From assembly GCF_003334315.1 (NCBI RefSeq), contig NZ_QOWR01000047.1: 37,104 bases of DNA; one strand, given 5' to 3'. Of the stretch, positions 9,337 through 19,616 are shown one piece after another (position 1 is the stretch's first letter; each line of letters opens with the position of its first letter). The translations under genes and the position numbers were made by a program. The notes under the pieces were generated by a model. The model searched no databases and was not told the DNA's origin. It worked only from the letters and a program-made list of their open reading frames with translations. Source of the stretch: Escherichia coli. GTDB taxonomy: Bacteria > Pseudomonadota > Gammaproteobacteria > Enterobacterales > Enterobacteriaceae.

Positions 9337-10935
9337 TTAACGTAACGGCATAATGGGCGTGATATGTCCATTATGCCGGGCGGGCGGCGGTTGGCTGCCC
9401 GCCAGCCATTTGGGAAAATCACGTAGCGGCATCGGCTGTGCGTACAAATACCCTTGCAAAATATGCACGCCATGACGGCGCAAATACTTCGCCTGTTCTT
9501 GCGTTTCCACGCCCTCCGCCACCAGTTCAATATTCAGTCTTTGCCCCAGCGCGATGATGATATCGGTCACCGTCGAGTTAACCGCGTCAGAACCTATAGC
9601 TGCGGTAAATGACTTATCAATTTTCAGCACGTCAGGACGTAATGTTTCAAGCCAGGAAAATGAACTGTTGCCGGTGCCGAAGTCATCAATCGCCAGTTTG
9701 ACGTTTTTACGATGTAGCTCGCGGGCAATCCGATAATCAACATCCAGTAAGGCATCGCGTTCGGTGATTTCGAGGATCAGTTGCTGAATCGGGTGAGCGC
9801 TAAACCAGTACTGATTGAGATCTTTTATCAGCACACCACGGCGAAAATGGCTGGGTGCGACGTTAATGCCAACATGAAACTGACTACTCATCGGGAAAAC
9901 ATGGCGCTGACGAATGGTTTCTGCCATCACATAGCGGGTCAGTGGCACAATTAAATGATGTTCTTCCGCGATAGGAATAAACACATCCGGTGAAATCCAG
10001 CCCTGACGCGGATTGTTCCAGCGCAGCAAAATCTCTACACCAATACATTGCTGGCTGCGCGCATTAAGCAAAGGCTGACAGAACAATTCGAACTCATGTT
10101 GCGCCAGGCCCAGATTGATTTCGCGGGAAAAGCTCATCCGGTAAGCGGTCGCCAGCCAGGCGATGTAGCCCACCAGTAAACTTAGCAGCACCGCCAGCGG
10201 TAATTGTGTTGGAAGATAGTGCCATGCCAGCGCCGTAGCCCCCGGACCATTAACGTTAATGGTAAAAGGAAAGCGTTGCGAAGAAACCTGATAGTTTTCA
10301 TTGTCTTCAGGTTGCGGAAGGGAATCTACCAGCCCATTACCATAGAGCAAATGCCGTTTGTCCACCGTCAGGCTGGCGCTACTGATTTGCGGCAGTTGTG
10401 GCTCAAGGAGCATTGCCGTCAGTAAGTCGATGTTAATCATCTCCATGACCCCAGCATTGCTACTGCCCGCTGCAGGCGTCCATTGAATCAAAACCGGACT
10501 GCCTTTAATCAGGGCACGGTCGATCGTCAGGCGTAAAAGTGGTTGCGGTGCAGGAAGTTCAGCCAGAATGTCCACGACGGGCACATTGCGATAACCAAAA
10601 ATGCTGGAGCAATAGAGTGTGCCGTCTTGCACCAGGCCAATGGATCGCACAGTTTGGAGTTTTGCCGCCTGTTTACGTAATGGCAAATGGGCGACAGAGC
10701 AGGGCAGACCAATCAGCGGAAGCAAGACTTCGCTACCTGCCTGTAGGGGAAGCAGTACTTTATCTAATTCCTCTACAGCGTGATTGGCGAATTGTACTAC
10801 CCGTTGTTGATTTAAGTTACGCTGTGAAATAAATCGCACGCTCAGGGTCGAAGCGAGCGTAACGAGTGCGCAAATCGTACAAACAATCATTCGATTACGG
10901 CGATAGGTTTTAATGATCCGTTGTGCTTTTTGCAT
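9337..10935 (-). CDS. pdeD: c-di-GMP phosphodiesterase PdeD (YoaD), membrane sensor with EAL domain
   Basis: DDFGTG motif (LAIDDFGTGNSSFSWL) typical of EAL domains; start placed at the second in-frame ATG (MQKAQRII..., 532 aa) rather than the 542-aa maximum; start choice is uncertain. Confidence 0.85.
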   Translation of the reverse strand: MQKAQRIIKTYRRNRMIVCTICALVTLASTLSVRFISQRNLNQQRVVQFANHAVEELDKVLLPLQAGSEVLLPLIGLPCSVAHLPLRKQAAKLQTVRSIGLVQDGTLYCSSIFGYRNVPVVDILAELPAPQPLLRLTIDRALIKGSPVLIQWTPAAGSSNAGVMEMINIDLLTAMLLEPQLPQISSASLTVDKRHLLYGNGLVDSLPQPEDNENYQVSSQRFPFTINVNGPGATALAWHYLPTQLPLAVLLSLLVGYIAWLATAYRMSFSREINLGLAQHEFELFCQPLLNARSQQCIGVEILLRWNNPRQGWISPDVFIPIAEEHHLIVPLTRYVMAETIRQRHVFPMSSQFHVGINVAPSHFRRGVLIKDLNQYWFSAHPIQQLILEITERDALLDVDYRIARELHRKNVKLAIDDFGTGNSSFSWLETLRPDVLKIDKSFTAAIGSDAVNSTVTDIIIALGQRLNIELVAEGVETQEQAKYLRRHGVHILQGYLYAQPMPLRDFPKWLAGSQPPPARHNGHITPIMPLR

Positions 10936-11065
10936 GCGGGCCACCCTGTAAGCGTATGGCGACAAACGCCTGACGCAACAGTGGAAGTGTAGTGGGGAAT
11001 ATTACAGCAGACGAGAAAGCGGGTATAAATTCGCCCATCCGTTGCAGATGGGCGAGTAAGAAGTA

Positions 11066-12430
11066 TTAGTCACACTGGACTTTGATTGCCAGACCACCGC
11101 GTGAGGTTTCGCGGTATTTGGCGTTCATGTCCTTACCGGTTTCGTACATCGTTTCGATGACCTTATCCAGCGAGACGCGCGGTGCACTGGTGCGGTGCAG
11201 AGCCATCCGTGCGGCGTTAATCGCCTTCACAGAGGCAATGGCATTACGCTCAATGCACGGCACCTGAACCTGCCCTGCAACCGGGTCGCAGGTTAAACCA
11301 AGGTTGTGTTCCATGCCAATTTCCGCCGCCACGCAAACCTGTTCCGGGCTACCGCCCAGCAGTTCTGCAAGACCCGCAGCAGCCATTGAACAGGCAACAC
11401 CCACTTCGCCCTGGCAACCAACTTCCGCACCGGAAATAGAGGCGTTCATTTTATACAATGCACCAATCGCGCCCGCTGCCATAAAGTAACGGGTATAGAT
11501 GTCCGGGCTGACCGATTCAATAAAGTGGTCATAGTAAGCCAGCACTGCCGGAACGATACCGCAGGCACCGTTGGTTGGCGCAGTTACCACACGACCACCG
11601 GCGGCGTTTTCTTCGTTAACTGCCAGCGCAAACATGTTTACCCAGTCAATGACATTCATCGGATCGTTAGACAGTTTATCGCTGGAAACTAACATCCGGC
11701 GCAGGGCAGACGCACGACGTGGCACGCGCAGCGGGCCTGGCAGTACACCTTCGGTGTTCATCCCGCGATCGATACATGCCTGCATGGTTTGCCAGACATG
11801 CGCGAAATACTCGTCGATCTCTTTCTTGCTGTGCAGCGCCAGTTCGTTCTGCATAGCGAGACCAGACAGCGAATAGCCGGTTTCATTACAGTACGCGAGC
11901 AGTTCGGTGGCAGATTTGAACGGATACGGCACGCTCACTTCGTTGGCAGCATCCTGACCAAAGTGTTCTTCATCGACGATAAAACCGCCGCCGATGGAAT
12001 AATAAGTTTTGCTGTAGACGACTTCATCGCCGTTATAGGCGTGGATTTGCATACCGTTTTCATGCAGCGGCAGGTTGCCGTTATGAAAACGCATCCCGTT
12101 GTCGCGCGGGAAATCCACTTCATGCCGTCCCTGTGCCAGCAGCAGACGTTCGCGCTCTTCTACGTCGCGAATAAAACCGGGAATACTGTCGATATCCACG
12201 GTGGCAGGTTCGTTACCTGCAAGACCCATAATAATGGCGATATCGGTGTGGTGGCCTTTACCCGTCAGCGACAGTGAACCATAAACGTCCACGGCAACGC
12301 GAGTAACGCTATCCAGTAAGCCTTTTTCGACCAGATCATCGACGAACTGTTTACCCGCCTTCATAGGCCCTACGGTATGGGAAGATGAGGGACCAATCCC
12401 CACCTTAAACATGTCGAATAGACTAATCAC
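11066..12430 (-). CDS. sdaA: L-serine dehydratase 1, SdaA
   Basis: 454-aa [32 protein letters not shown]... Confidence 0.95.
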   Translation of the reverse strand: MISLFDMFKVGIGPSSSHTVGPMKAGKQFVDDLVEKGLLDSVTRVAVDVYGSLSLTGKGHHTDIAIIMGLAGNEPATVDIDSIPGFIRDVEERERLLLAQGRHEVDFPRDNGMRFHNGNLPLHENGMQIHAYNGDEVVYSKTYYSIGGGFIVDEEHFGQDAANEVSVPYPFKSATELLAYCNETGYSLSGLAMQNELALHSKKEIDEYFAHVWQTMQACIDRGMNTEGVLPGPLRVPRRASALRRMLVSSDKLSNDPMNVIDWVNMFALAVNEENAAGGRVVTAPTNGACGIVPAVLAYYDHFIESVSPDIYTRYFMAAGAIGALYKMNASISGAEVGCQGEVGVACSMAAAGLAELLGGSPEQVCVAAEIGMEHNLGLTCDPVAGQVQVPCIERNAIASVKAINAARMALHRTSAPRVSLDKVIETMYETGKDMNAKYRETSRGGLAIKVQCD

Positions 12431-12613
12431 GATAATACTCCTGACAAGGTGACTGGACTTCCAGTAACGAACTAATAACAGCGCATAGTGTAAGAGGGAA
12501 CGCGGCGACTGGCTTAACTATTCACATGAATTAAACTAATCAAAAACCGCGATTTAACTAATATTGCGATGATTGTCTCAAGTAGTGTTTTGTAGATGTA
12601 AAGATAAGTATAG

Positions 12614-13192
12614 TCAGGGTTTCACACCAATTTGCAGCGCCAGCTCACGAATTATGCATGCGGTCATTCCCCATACAAAATACTGTTCGTACCAGGACAG
12701 CCATACCCGATGTGAATCGCCACGGCGGTAGATATCTAAAGGGTGATAACGACCCAGATGTAATGCCTGGGCGAGCGGCATTTCAAACACCGCCGAGACT
12801 TCATCTTCACTGGCGCGATACGGCAGATCGGGCGGGATAATGCCGACCACTGGGGTTACCTGATAGCCAGTTACGCTATCGACGGGCGGCAGCACGCCGA
12901 TAACTTCAACGGCGGAAGGCGGTATAGCGACCTCTTCTTCAGCTTCGCGCAGCGCGGCGGCGATAACTGATGCGTCCGTGTCATCGACTGCACCTCCAGG
13001 GAATGCCACTTGTCCAGCGTGTTTACGCAGATGAATTGAACGCTGAGTCAGCAACAACCCCGGTTGCGGTCGACGGACGATGGGGATTAACACGGCAGCC
13101 TGACGATGATTTAGGGTTTCCCGGTTAATTTGCGGGCGCAAAAGTTGAAAGCGAGATAAAAAATCATCAAGCGTCAGGCTACGGTATTCCAC
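12614..13192 (-). CDS. nudL: Nudix CoA pyrophosphohydrolase NudL (YeaB)
   Basis: 192 aa; Nudix box visible ([25 protein letters not shown]). Confidence 0.9.
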   Translation of the reverse strand: MEYRSLTLDDFLSRFQLLRPQINRETLNHRQAAVLIPIVRRPQPGLLLTQRSIHLRKHAGQVAFPGGAVDDTDASVIAAALREAEEEVAIPPSAVEVIGVLPPVDSVTGYQVTPVVGIIPPDLPYRASEDEVSAVFEMPLAQALHLGRYHPLDIYRRGDSHRVWLSWYEQYFVWGMTACIIRELALQIGVKP

Positions 13193-13195
13193 GTC

Positions 13196-14557
13196 TTACT
13201 TCTCCAGTTGGCGTAATATCTTATTAACTTTATCAAAAGTTTCCTGATATTCCGCTTCTTCCTGGCTATCGGCGACAATTCCACCGCCCGCAGAGCAGTA
13301 TATTTGTCCGTTAATGGCAGTCAGCGTGCGGATAGTAATGCTGGTATCCATGTTGCCGCAAAAGCTCAAATAGCCAATGCTGCCGCACCAGGCATTACGT
13401 CGCTGCGGTTCCAGTTCGTCGATAATTTCCATAGCCCGTACTTTCGGAGCCCCGGTTATTGAGCCACCAGGAAAAGCTGCGCGCAGCAGATCGCTGGCGT
13501 GTAACTGTTCTGGTAGTCGCGCCGTTATAGTGCTGACCAGATGATGCACGGCAGGGAAGGGTTCCACCACGAAGAGCTCTGGTACTTTTACCGAACCGGC
13601 TACGGCAACACGACCGATATCATTACGCATTAAATCGACAATCATCAGATTTTCGGCACGATCTTTCGCTGAGTTCGCCAGTTTTTCTGCTTGTTTGCTA
13701 TCTTCCTGAGGATCGGGCAGGCGTGGTAGCGTGCCTTTAATCGGGCGGGTCTGGATTTCACTATTATCACAAAGAATAAACCGCTCTGGCGAAAGGCTTA
13801 AAATTGCACCCTGTTCAAGACGTAAAAAAGCGCTAAATGGCGCGCGGTTGGCCTGATTAAGCTGAAGGAATGCCTGCCATTCATCGCCAGAATAGGTCGC
13901 ATGAAAACGCTGGGCGAGATTCACCTGATAGCAATCACCGCTGTGCAGATATTCCTGTACCTGGCGAAATTTTTCGCCGTACTGCTCGCGGGTCATATTG
14001 GATTGCCAGTCGGAAGTGAGCGTGAAATCTTCCTGCGGCGAGAATTGCTGGCTTTCCAGCCAGGCCCGACGGGCATTGACATCATTATGACTCAGCAAAG
14101 AAACTGTATGACGCTGGTGGTCGACAATGAGCGCCCAATCGTAGATACCCACTGCCATATCCGGCAGAACGATATCTTGTTCCGCAATTTCTGGCAGTGA
14201 CTCAAAACGGCGGCCCAGATCGTAGCCAAACAACCCCAGTGCGCCGCCCTGAAATGGCAAATCTTCGTTATGCGTTGGGCGAATGTCTGCGCGATCCAGC
14301 ACCTGCTGGAGCACCTGTAGCGGGTCATCAGTGGTCGTTGTGCGTTTTTCGCTTTCACTAACAACGGTTTCTTTACCGAAAGTGGTTAAAGTGCAAATCG
14401 GATCGGCGACCACAATATCAAAGCGGCTATACGGATGATCGGCATAGCCGGAGTGTAAAAGCATCGCCCACGGCAGGTGGCTTAAGCGGGAGAAATAAAA
14501 TTCAGCGGCGTCCTGACGCCAGGGTAAAGTAATCACAGCGGGAGATAACGTCTTCAT
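13196..14557 (-). CDS. pabB: aminodeoxychorismate synthase component I, PabB
   Basis: 453 aa; chorismate-binding motif RPIKGTLPR; 3 nt upstream of nudL. Confidence 0.95.
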   Translation of the reverse strand: MKTLSPAVITLPWRQDAAEFYFSRLSHLPWAMLLHSGYADHPYSRFDIVVADPICTLTTFGKETVVSESEKRTTTTDDPLQVLQQVLDRADIRPTHNEDLPFQGGALGLFGYDLGRRFESLPEIAEQDIVLPDMAVGIYDWALIVDHQRHTVSLLSHNDVNARRAWLESQQFSPQEDFTLTSDWQSNMTREQYGEKFRQVQEYLHSGDCYQVNLAQRFHATYSGDEWQAFLQLNQANRAPFSAFLRLEQGAILSLSPERFILCDNSEIQTRPIKGTLPRLPDPQEDSKQAEKLANSAKDRAENLMIVDLMRNDIGRVAVAGSVKVPELFVVEPFPAVHHLVSTITARLPEQLHASDLLRAAFPGGSITGAPKVRAMEIIDELEPQRRNAWCGSIGYLSFCGNMDTSITIRTLTAINGQIYCSAGGGIVADSQEEAEYQETFDKVNKILRQLEK

Positions 14558-14630
14558 CAGTCCTGACTCTACTGGCTATGTGCCGGGTAGCATGAAATAA
14601 TTAGCGCCAACAATTTAGCAGGAGTTAACA

Positions 14631-14810
14631 ATGTTTGCAGGTTTACCTTCACTCACCCATGAACAGCAGCAAAAAGCTGTCGAGCGGATCCAGGAACTGA
14701 TGGCACAAGGGATGAGCAGCGGCCAGGCAATCGCGCTGGTGGCAGAAGAGCTGCGTGCCAACCACTCCGGCGAGCGAATCGTGGCGCGTTTTGAGGATGA
14801 AGACGAGTAA
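14631..14810 (+). CDS. yoaH: UPF0181 small protein YoaH (59 aa)
   Basis: Manual translation [59 protein letters not shown]-stop; the track shows only an antisense 66-aa ORF here. Confidence 0.8.
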
Positions 14811-14868
14811 CACACTAATCCGTATCGATTTCGTTATAGAAGCCGATGAACATTTGATTGTGAGAAAA

Positions 14869-14901
14869 AGGACGCTTTTTATATGTGATTAAAAGCGTCC
14901 T
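14869..14901. terminator. hairpin between convergent yoaH and yoaC (possible bidirectional terminator)
   Basis: Perfect 11-bp inverted repeat AGGACGCTTTT / AAAAGCGTCCT with U-rich stretches on both strands. Confidence 0.5.
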
Positions 14902-14929
14902 GACCCATTTATGCTGATATAAATTTAAC

Positions 14930-15229
14930 TCAGACCAGTGCTTTTAGTTCTTCCTGCATATATGTTGAAAAGTATTCAGGATTTTTAATCACAGAGCGTT
15001 CACCTGTCTCCATTTTTTTTGCCCATCCAACCATTTTTTCCGTGAACCCAGGGTTCCAGCCTTCCTGGTCAGCTCGCGCTGTAATATCAGCGGCACTCGC
15101 GGGTACTCCCAGTTCTTTTAAATATTTAAAGATTCCCTTCGCCGTGCTTTCATTCATCGAACTTGGTGTTGGCGCTGATACATCCATGGCACCAATGAAA
15201 TCCAGGGCTTTATCTATTACAGCAGGCAT
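14930..15229 (-). CDS. yoaC: DUF1889-family protein YoaC
   Basis: Track ORF is 119 aa; start placed at the internal Met (MPAVIDKALDFIGAM...) giving 99 aa, the K-12 length as I recall it; start uncertain. Confidence 0.7.
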   Translation of the reverse strand: MPAVIDKALDFIGAMDVSAPTPSSMNESTAKGIFKYLKELGVPASAADITARADQEGWNPGFTEKMVGWAKKMETGERSVIKNPEYFSTYMQEELKALV

Positions 15230-15651
15230 ATTCTTATCCTTAAAATTAACCATGTTATCGATAAGACTATATATGACCTTAATTTGCATCTAATATCAAA
15301 GGGATTATAACGATATGGCACGAGTTAACCTGTTGACATTCAGGTGTTTTAAAGGTAGCAGCTCATGGTGTGTTATCCAGTAAGATGGAGAAATTTAACG
15401 GTCAGTCCTCACGCTATAACCAGATTATTCAGCTAAGAAAGAAAACCAGAGTTGCTAGTCAGAGGGCGAACACAACGGCATGGTTATGGTTATTTATATA
15501 GTTAGTTTTATAGATAAAATTGAAATTATAAAAATAAATAATGAATTAGCAGGAGCATCAACAGGTAATATCTTAATCTCTGGTCGATTTATGTTAAACC
15601 GACCAGTATTATCGATAAATTATCGTCTGACTTATTTTGCTTCGATAAAGC

Positions 15652-15996
15652 TTACACCGCAGCCACAATCTTAATTTCAACTTTATACTTCGGGTTCATC
15701 AAACCCGCTTGTACCGTGCAGCGCACCGGCGCATGACCCGCGACAACCCAGGCATCCCACGCTTTATTCATCGCCGCGAAGTCGTTTTTATCGGCCAGGA
15801 AAATGGTGGCATCCAGAATGCTCGATTTATTGCTGCCCTGTTTTTCCAGCACGGCATCAATCTGCGCCAGCGTGTTGGCGGTTTGCTCAAAGGCATCGGC
15901 GTCGAGGTTTTCCGGTACACCAGTGTAGTAGAGCGTGTTGTTGTGGATTACCACATCAGACCAGCGGGCTTCAGCATCGATACGAACGATAGTCAT
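15652..15996 (-). CDS. yoaB: RidA/YjgF-family protein YoaB
   Basis: Start at MTIVRIDAEARW... gives 114 aa; the adjacent in-frame Met one codon upstream is equally possible. Confidence 0.85.
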   Translation of the reverse strand: MTIVRIDAEARWSDVVIHNNTLYYTGVPENLDADAFEQTANTLAQIDAVLEKQGSNKSSILDATIFLADKNDFAAMNKAWDAWVVAGHAPVRCTVQAGLMNPKYKVEIKIVAAV

Positions 15997-16127
15997 CATT
16001 TTGTCCTCATTATCCTTCCATTTTCGTGCTGCAAAGACTGCCACAATGTGAGGTCGCCGTCACCACTTCAACTGGCGAAAGCGCCCTCATCCTGACATAA
16101 TCCCTGTTCAAATCAACAGGGGGTAGT

Positions 16128-18038
16128 GTGACGGACGATTTTGCACCAGACGGTCAGCTGGCGAAAGCGATACCAGGCTTTAAGCCGCGAGAACCACAGC
16201 GACAGATGGCGGTAGCCGTCACCCAGGCGATAGAAAAAGGCCAGCCGCTGGTGGTGGAAGCAGGAACCGGTACGGGCAAAACCTACGCTTACCTGGCTCC
16301 TGCGCTGCGGGCGAAAAAGAAAGTCATTATCTCGACCGGCTCAAAAGCGTTGCAGGATCAGCTCTACAGCCGCGATTTGCCAACAGTCTCAAAGGCATTG
16401 AAATATACGGGCAACGTGGCGCTGCTGAAAGGGCGCTCAAACTACCTCTGCCTCGAACGTCTCGAACAGCAGGCGCTGGCGGGGGGCGATCTGCCGGTAC
16501 AAATCTTAAGCGATGTGATCCTGCTGCGCTCCTGGTCTAATCAAACAGTCGATGGTGATATCAGCACCTGCGTCAGCGTGGCGGAAGATTCACAGGCGTG
16601 GCCGCTGGTCACCAGCACCAACGACAACTGTCTTGGCAGCGACTGCCCGATGTATAAAGATTGCTTTGTGGTCAAAGCACGTAAAAAAGCGATGGACGCC
16701 GATGTGGTGGTGGTAAACCATCATCTCTTTCTGGCGGATATGGTGGTTAAAGAGAGTGGATTTGGCGAACTGATCCCGGAAGCGGACGTCATGATCTTCG
16801 ACGAAGCCCACCAGCTACCGGACATTGCCAGCCAGTATTTTGGTCAGTCACTCTCCAGTCGACAACTGCTCGACCTGGCAAAAGACATCACCATCGCCTA
16901 CCGCACCGAATTAAAAGACACCCAGCAGTTACAAAAGTGCGCTGATCGTCTTGCCCAGAGTGCGCAGGATTTTCGTCTGCAACTCGGTGAGCCAGGTTAT
17001 CGCGGTAACCTGCGTGAGCTGTTAGCTAATCCGCAAATTCAGCGGGCATTTTTACTGCTCGATGACACCCTGGAACTTTGTTATGACGTGGCAAAACTGT
17101 CACTGGGGCGTTCCGCCTTGCTGGATGCGGCATTTGAGCGCGCCACGTTGTATCGCACACGGCTGAAGCGGCTAAAAGAGATCAATCAGCCGGGCTACAG
17201 CTACTGGTACGAATGCACTTCGCGCCATTTTACTCTGGCTCTCACGCCGCTCAGCGTGGCGGATAAATTCAAAGAGTTAATGGCGCAAAAGCCCGGTAGC
17301 TGGATCTTCACCTCAGCAACGCTGTCGGTGAACGACGATCTGCATCATTTCACCTCGCGGCTTGGGATAGAACAGGCGGAGTCGTTGCTATTGCCAAGCC
17401 CGTTTGATTACAGCCGCCAGGCGTTACTCTGTGTGCCGCGCAATCTGCCGCAAACCAACCAGCCAGGTTCTGCTCGCCAGTTAGCGGCAATGCTGCGACC
17501 GATCATCGAAGCTAACAACGGTCGTTGTTTTATGCTTTGTACCTCGCACGCCATGATGCGCGATCTGGCCGAGCAGTTCCGCGCTACCATGACGCTTCCC
17601 GTTTTGTTGCAGGGGGAAACCAGTAAAGGCCAACTGTTGCAGCAGTTTGTCAGTGCCGGTAATGCGCTTCTTGTGGCAACCAGTAGTTTCTGGGAAGGGG
17701 TGGACGTGCGTGGCGATACATTGTCATTGGTAATTATCGACAAATTGCCGTTTACCTCGCCGGATGATCCACTGTTAAAAGCGCGCATGGAAGATTGTCG
17801 TTTGCGCGGTGGCGACCCGTTCGATGAAGTGCAACTACCAGATGCCGTCATTACTCTCAAACAGGGGGTAGGGCGACTGATTCGCGACGCCGACGATCGT
17901 GGCGTGCTGGTGATTTGTGACAATCGGCTGGTGATGCGTCCTTACGGCGCGACGTTTCTCGCCAGTCTGCCGCCCGCGCCACGCACCCGTGACATTGCCC
18001 GTGCGGTTCGTTTCCTTGCGATACCATCCTCCAGGTAA
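16128..18038 (+). CDS. yoaA: DinG-family ATP-dependent DNA helicase YoaA
   Basis: 636 aa; Walker A (AGTGTGKT), DEAH box (FDEAHQ) and Fe-S cysteine cluster (CLGSDCPMYKDCF). Confidence 0.9.
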   Translation: MTDDFAPDGQLAKAIPGFKPREPQRQMAVAVTQAIEKGQPLVVEAGTGTGKTYAYLAPALRAKKKVIISTGSKALQDQLYSRDLPTVSKALKYTGNVALLKGRSNYLCLERLEQQALAGGDLPVQILSDVILLRSWSNQTVDGDISTCVSVAEDSQAWPLVTSTNDNCLGSDCPMYKDCFVVKARKKAMDADVVVVNHHLFLADMVVKESGFGELIPEADVMIFDEAHQLPDIASQYFGQSLSSRQLLDLAKDITIAYRTELKDTQQLQKCADRLAQSAQDFRLQLGEPGYRGNLRELLANPQIQRAFLLLDDTLELCYDVAKLSLGRSALLDAAFERATLYRTRLKRLKEINQPGYSYWYECTSRHFTLALTPLSVADKFKELMAQKPGSWIFTSATLSVNDDLHHFTSRLGIEQAESLLLPSPFDYSRQALLCVPRNLPQTNQPGSARQLAAMLRPIIEANNGRCFMLCTSHAMMRDLAEQFRATMTLPVLLQGETSKGQLLQQFVSAGNALLVATSSFWEGVDVRGDTLSLVIIDKLPFTSPDDPLLKARMEDCRLRGGDPFDEVQLPDAVITLKQGVGRLIRDADDRGVLVICDNRLVMRPYGATFLASLPPAPRTRDIARAVRFLAIPSSR

Positions 18039-18095
18039 TTTGTTACGGAGTATGGTATGATGCGCGCCTTTTTATTGATCTAAGCACGAAGACCC

Positions 18096-18791
18096 ATGCG
18101 AATTCTGGCTATCGATACCGCGACAGAGGCCTGCTCTGTCGCCCTGTGGAACGACGGTACTGTCAACGCTCATTTTGAGCTTTGCCCTCGTGAACATACT
18201 CAACGAATCTTACCGATGGTGCAGGATATCCTGACCACCAGCGGAACTTCCCTGACTGATATTAACGCTCTGGCTTACGGGCGCGGCCCCGGTAGCTTTA
18301 CTGGCGTGCGCATTGGTATTGGCATCGCGCAAGGGCTGGCGCTTGGCGCGGAATTACCGATGATTGGCGTCTCCACGCTAATGACGATGGCGCAAGGGGC
18401 GTGGCGCAAAAACGGCGCAACCCGCGTGCTGGCAGCCATTGACGCGCGAATGGGCGAAGTTTACTGGGCCGAATATCAGCGTGATGAAAACGGTATCTGG
18501 CACGGTGAAGAAACCGAAGCCGTACTCAAACCCGAAATCGTCCATGAACGAATGCAACAGCTTTCCGGCGAATGGGTGACGGTAGGGACGGGCTGGCAAG
18601 CTTGGCCGGATCTCGGTAAAGAGAGCGGGCTGGTTTTGCGCGATGGCGAAGTGTTACTGCCTGCTGCTGAAGATATGCTGCCGATTGCGTGTCAGATGTT
18701 TGCTGAGGGTAAAACGGTGGCGGTGGAACATGCCGAACCGGTTTATTTACGTAACAACGTCGCATGGAAGAAACTTCCGGGCAAAGAATGA
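18096..18791 (+). CDS. tsaB: tRNA t6A37 biosynthesis protein TsaB (YeaZ)
   Basis: 231-aa [24 protein letters not shown]..., the inactive Kae1/TsaD paralogue. Confidence 0.9.
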   Translation: MRILAIDTATEACSVALWNDGTVNAHFELCPREHTQRILPMVQDILTTSGTSLTDINALAYGRGPGSFTGVRIGIGIAQGLALGAELPMIGVSTLMTMAQGAWRKNGATRVLAAIDARMGEVYWAEYQRDENGIWHGEETEAVLKPEIVHERMQQLSGEWVTVGTGWQAWPDLGKESGLVLRDGEVLLPAAEDMLPIACQMFAEGKTVAVEHAEPVYLRNNVAWKKLPGKE

Positions 18792-18830
18792 ATCTTAAGA
18801 GTATGCCCTGAGAAAAAAAGGAGTCGCACC

Positions 18831-19412
18831 ATGGCGGTTCAAAAGAATGTTATCAAAGGCATACTGGCAGGTACGTTTGCGCTAATGCTGAGCGGTTGTG
18901 TCACTGTGCCGGACGCCATTAAAGGCAGCAGTCCCACGCCGCAACAAGATTTAGTTCGGGTGATGAGTGCGCCGCAGCTGTACGTTGGTCAGGAGGCACG
19001 CTTTGGTGGCAAAGTGGTTGCGGTACAAAACCAGCAAGGGAAAACTCGCCTGGAAATTGCTACCGTACCGCTGGACAGCGGAGCCAGACCGACGCTGGGA
19101 GAACCTTCTCGCGGTCGCATTTATGCCGATGTGAACGGTTTTCTGGACCCGGTGGATTTCCGTGGACAACTGGTTACGGTAGTCGGGCCAATCACTGGTG
19201 CGGTTGACGGCAAAATCGGCAATACGCCCTATAAATTTATGGTGATGCAAGTAACGGGTTACAAACGTTGGCATTTAACCCAGCAGGTGATTATGCCGCC
19301 TCAGCCGATTGATCCATGGTTTTATGGCGGTCGTGGCTGGCCCTATGGCTACGGCGGATGGGGCTGGTATAATCCCGGCCCCGCGAGAGTACAAACAGTT
19401 GTAACTGAATAA
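18831..19412 (+). CDS. yeaY: Slp-family outer-membrane lipoprotein YeaY
   Basis: 193 aa; lipobox LMLSGC near the N-terminus and Gly/Trp/Tyr-rich C-terminus. Confidence 0.85.
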
Positions 19413-19433
19413 TTGCTTGTTTTTAAAGAAAAA

Positions 19434-19458
19434 GAAACAGCGGCTGGTCCGCTGTTTC
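19434..19458 (+). terminator. weak hairpin downstream of yeaY
   Basis: GAAACAGCGG-CTGGT-CCGCTGTTTC stem-loop, but with a poor U-tract. Confidence 0.35.
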
Positions 19459-19527
19459 TGCATTCTTACGGTAAAGATAAAAATAAATAGTGACGCGCTT
19501 CGCAACCTTTTCGTTGGGTAATTATCA

Positions 19528-19544
19528 AGCTGGTATGATGAGTT
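19528..19544 (+). promoter_or_regulatory. FadR-operator-like site in the fadD promoter
   Basis: AGCTGGTATGATGAGTT, about 70 bp upstream of the fadD start, resembles the FadR consensus as I recall it (ANCTGGTCNGACNTNTT). Confidence 0.45.
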
Positions 19545-19616
19545 AATATTATGTTAACGGCATGTATATCATTTGGGGTTGCGATGACGACGAACACGCA
19601 TTTTAGAGGTGAAGAA

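Noticed and set aside
11789-12277. 162-aa plus-strand ORF inside sdaA
   Set aside because: Antisense shadow of sdaA.
14615-14815. 66-aa minus-strand track ORF
   Set aside because: The plus strand at the same place encodes the recognisable 59-aa YoaH; the minus ORF is its shadow.
15480-15674. 64-aa plus-strand ORF in the AT-rich yoaC-yoaB spacer
   Set aside because: Low-complexity Ile/Asn/Lys-rich translation typical of AT-rich non-coding DNA; no ribosome-binding site recognised.
17408-17923. 171-aa minus-strand ORF inside yoaA
   Set aside because: Antisense shadow, Ser/Arg-rich.
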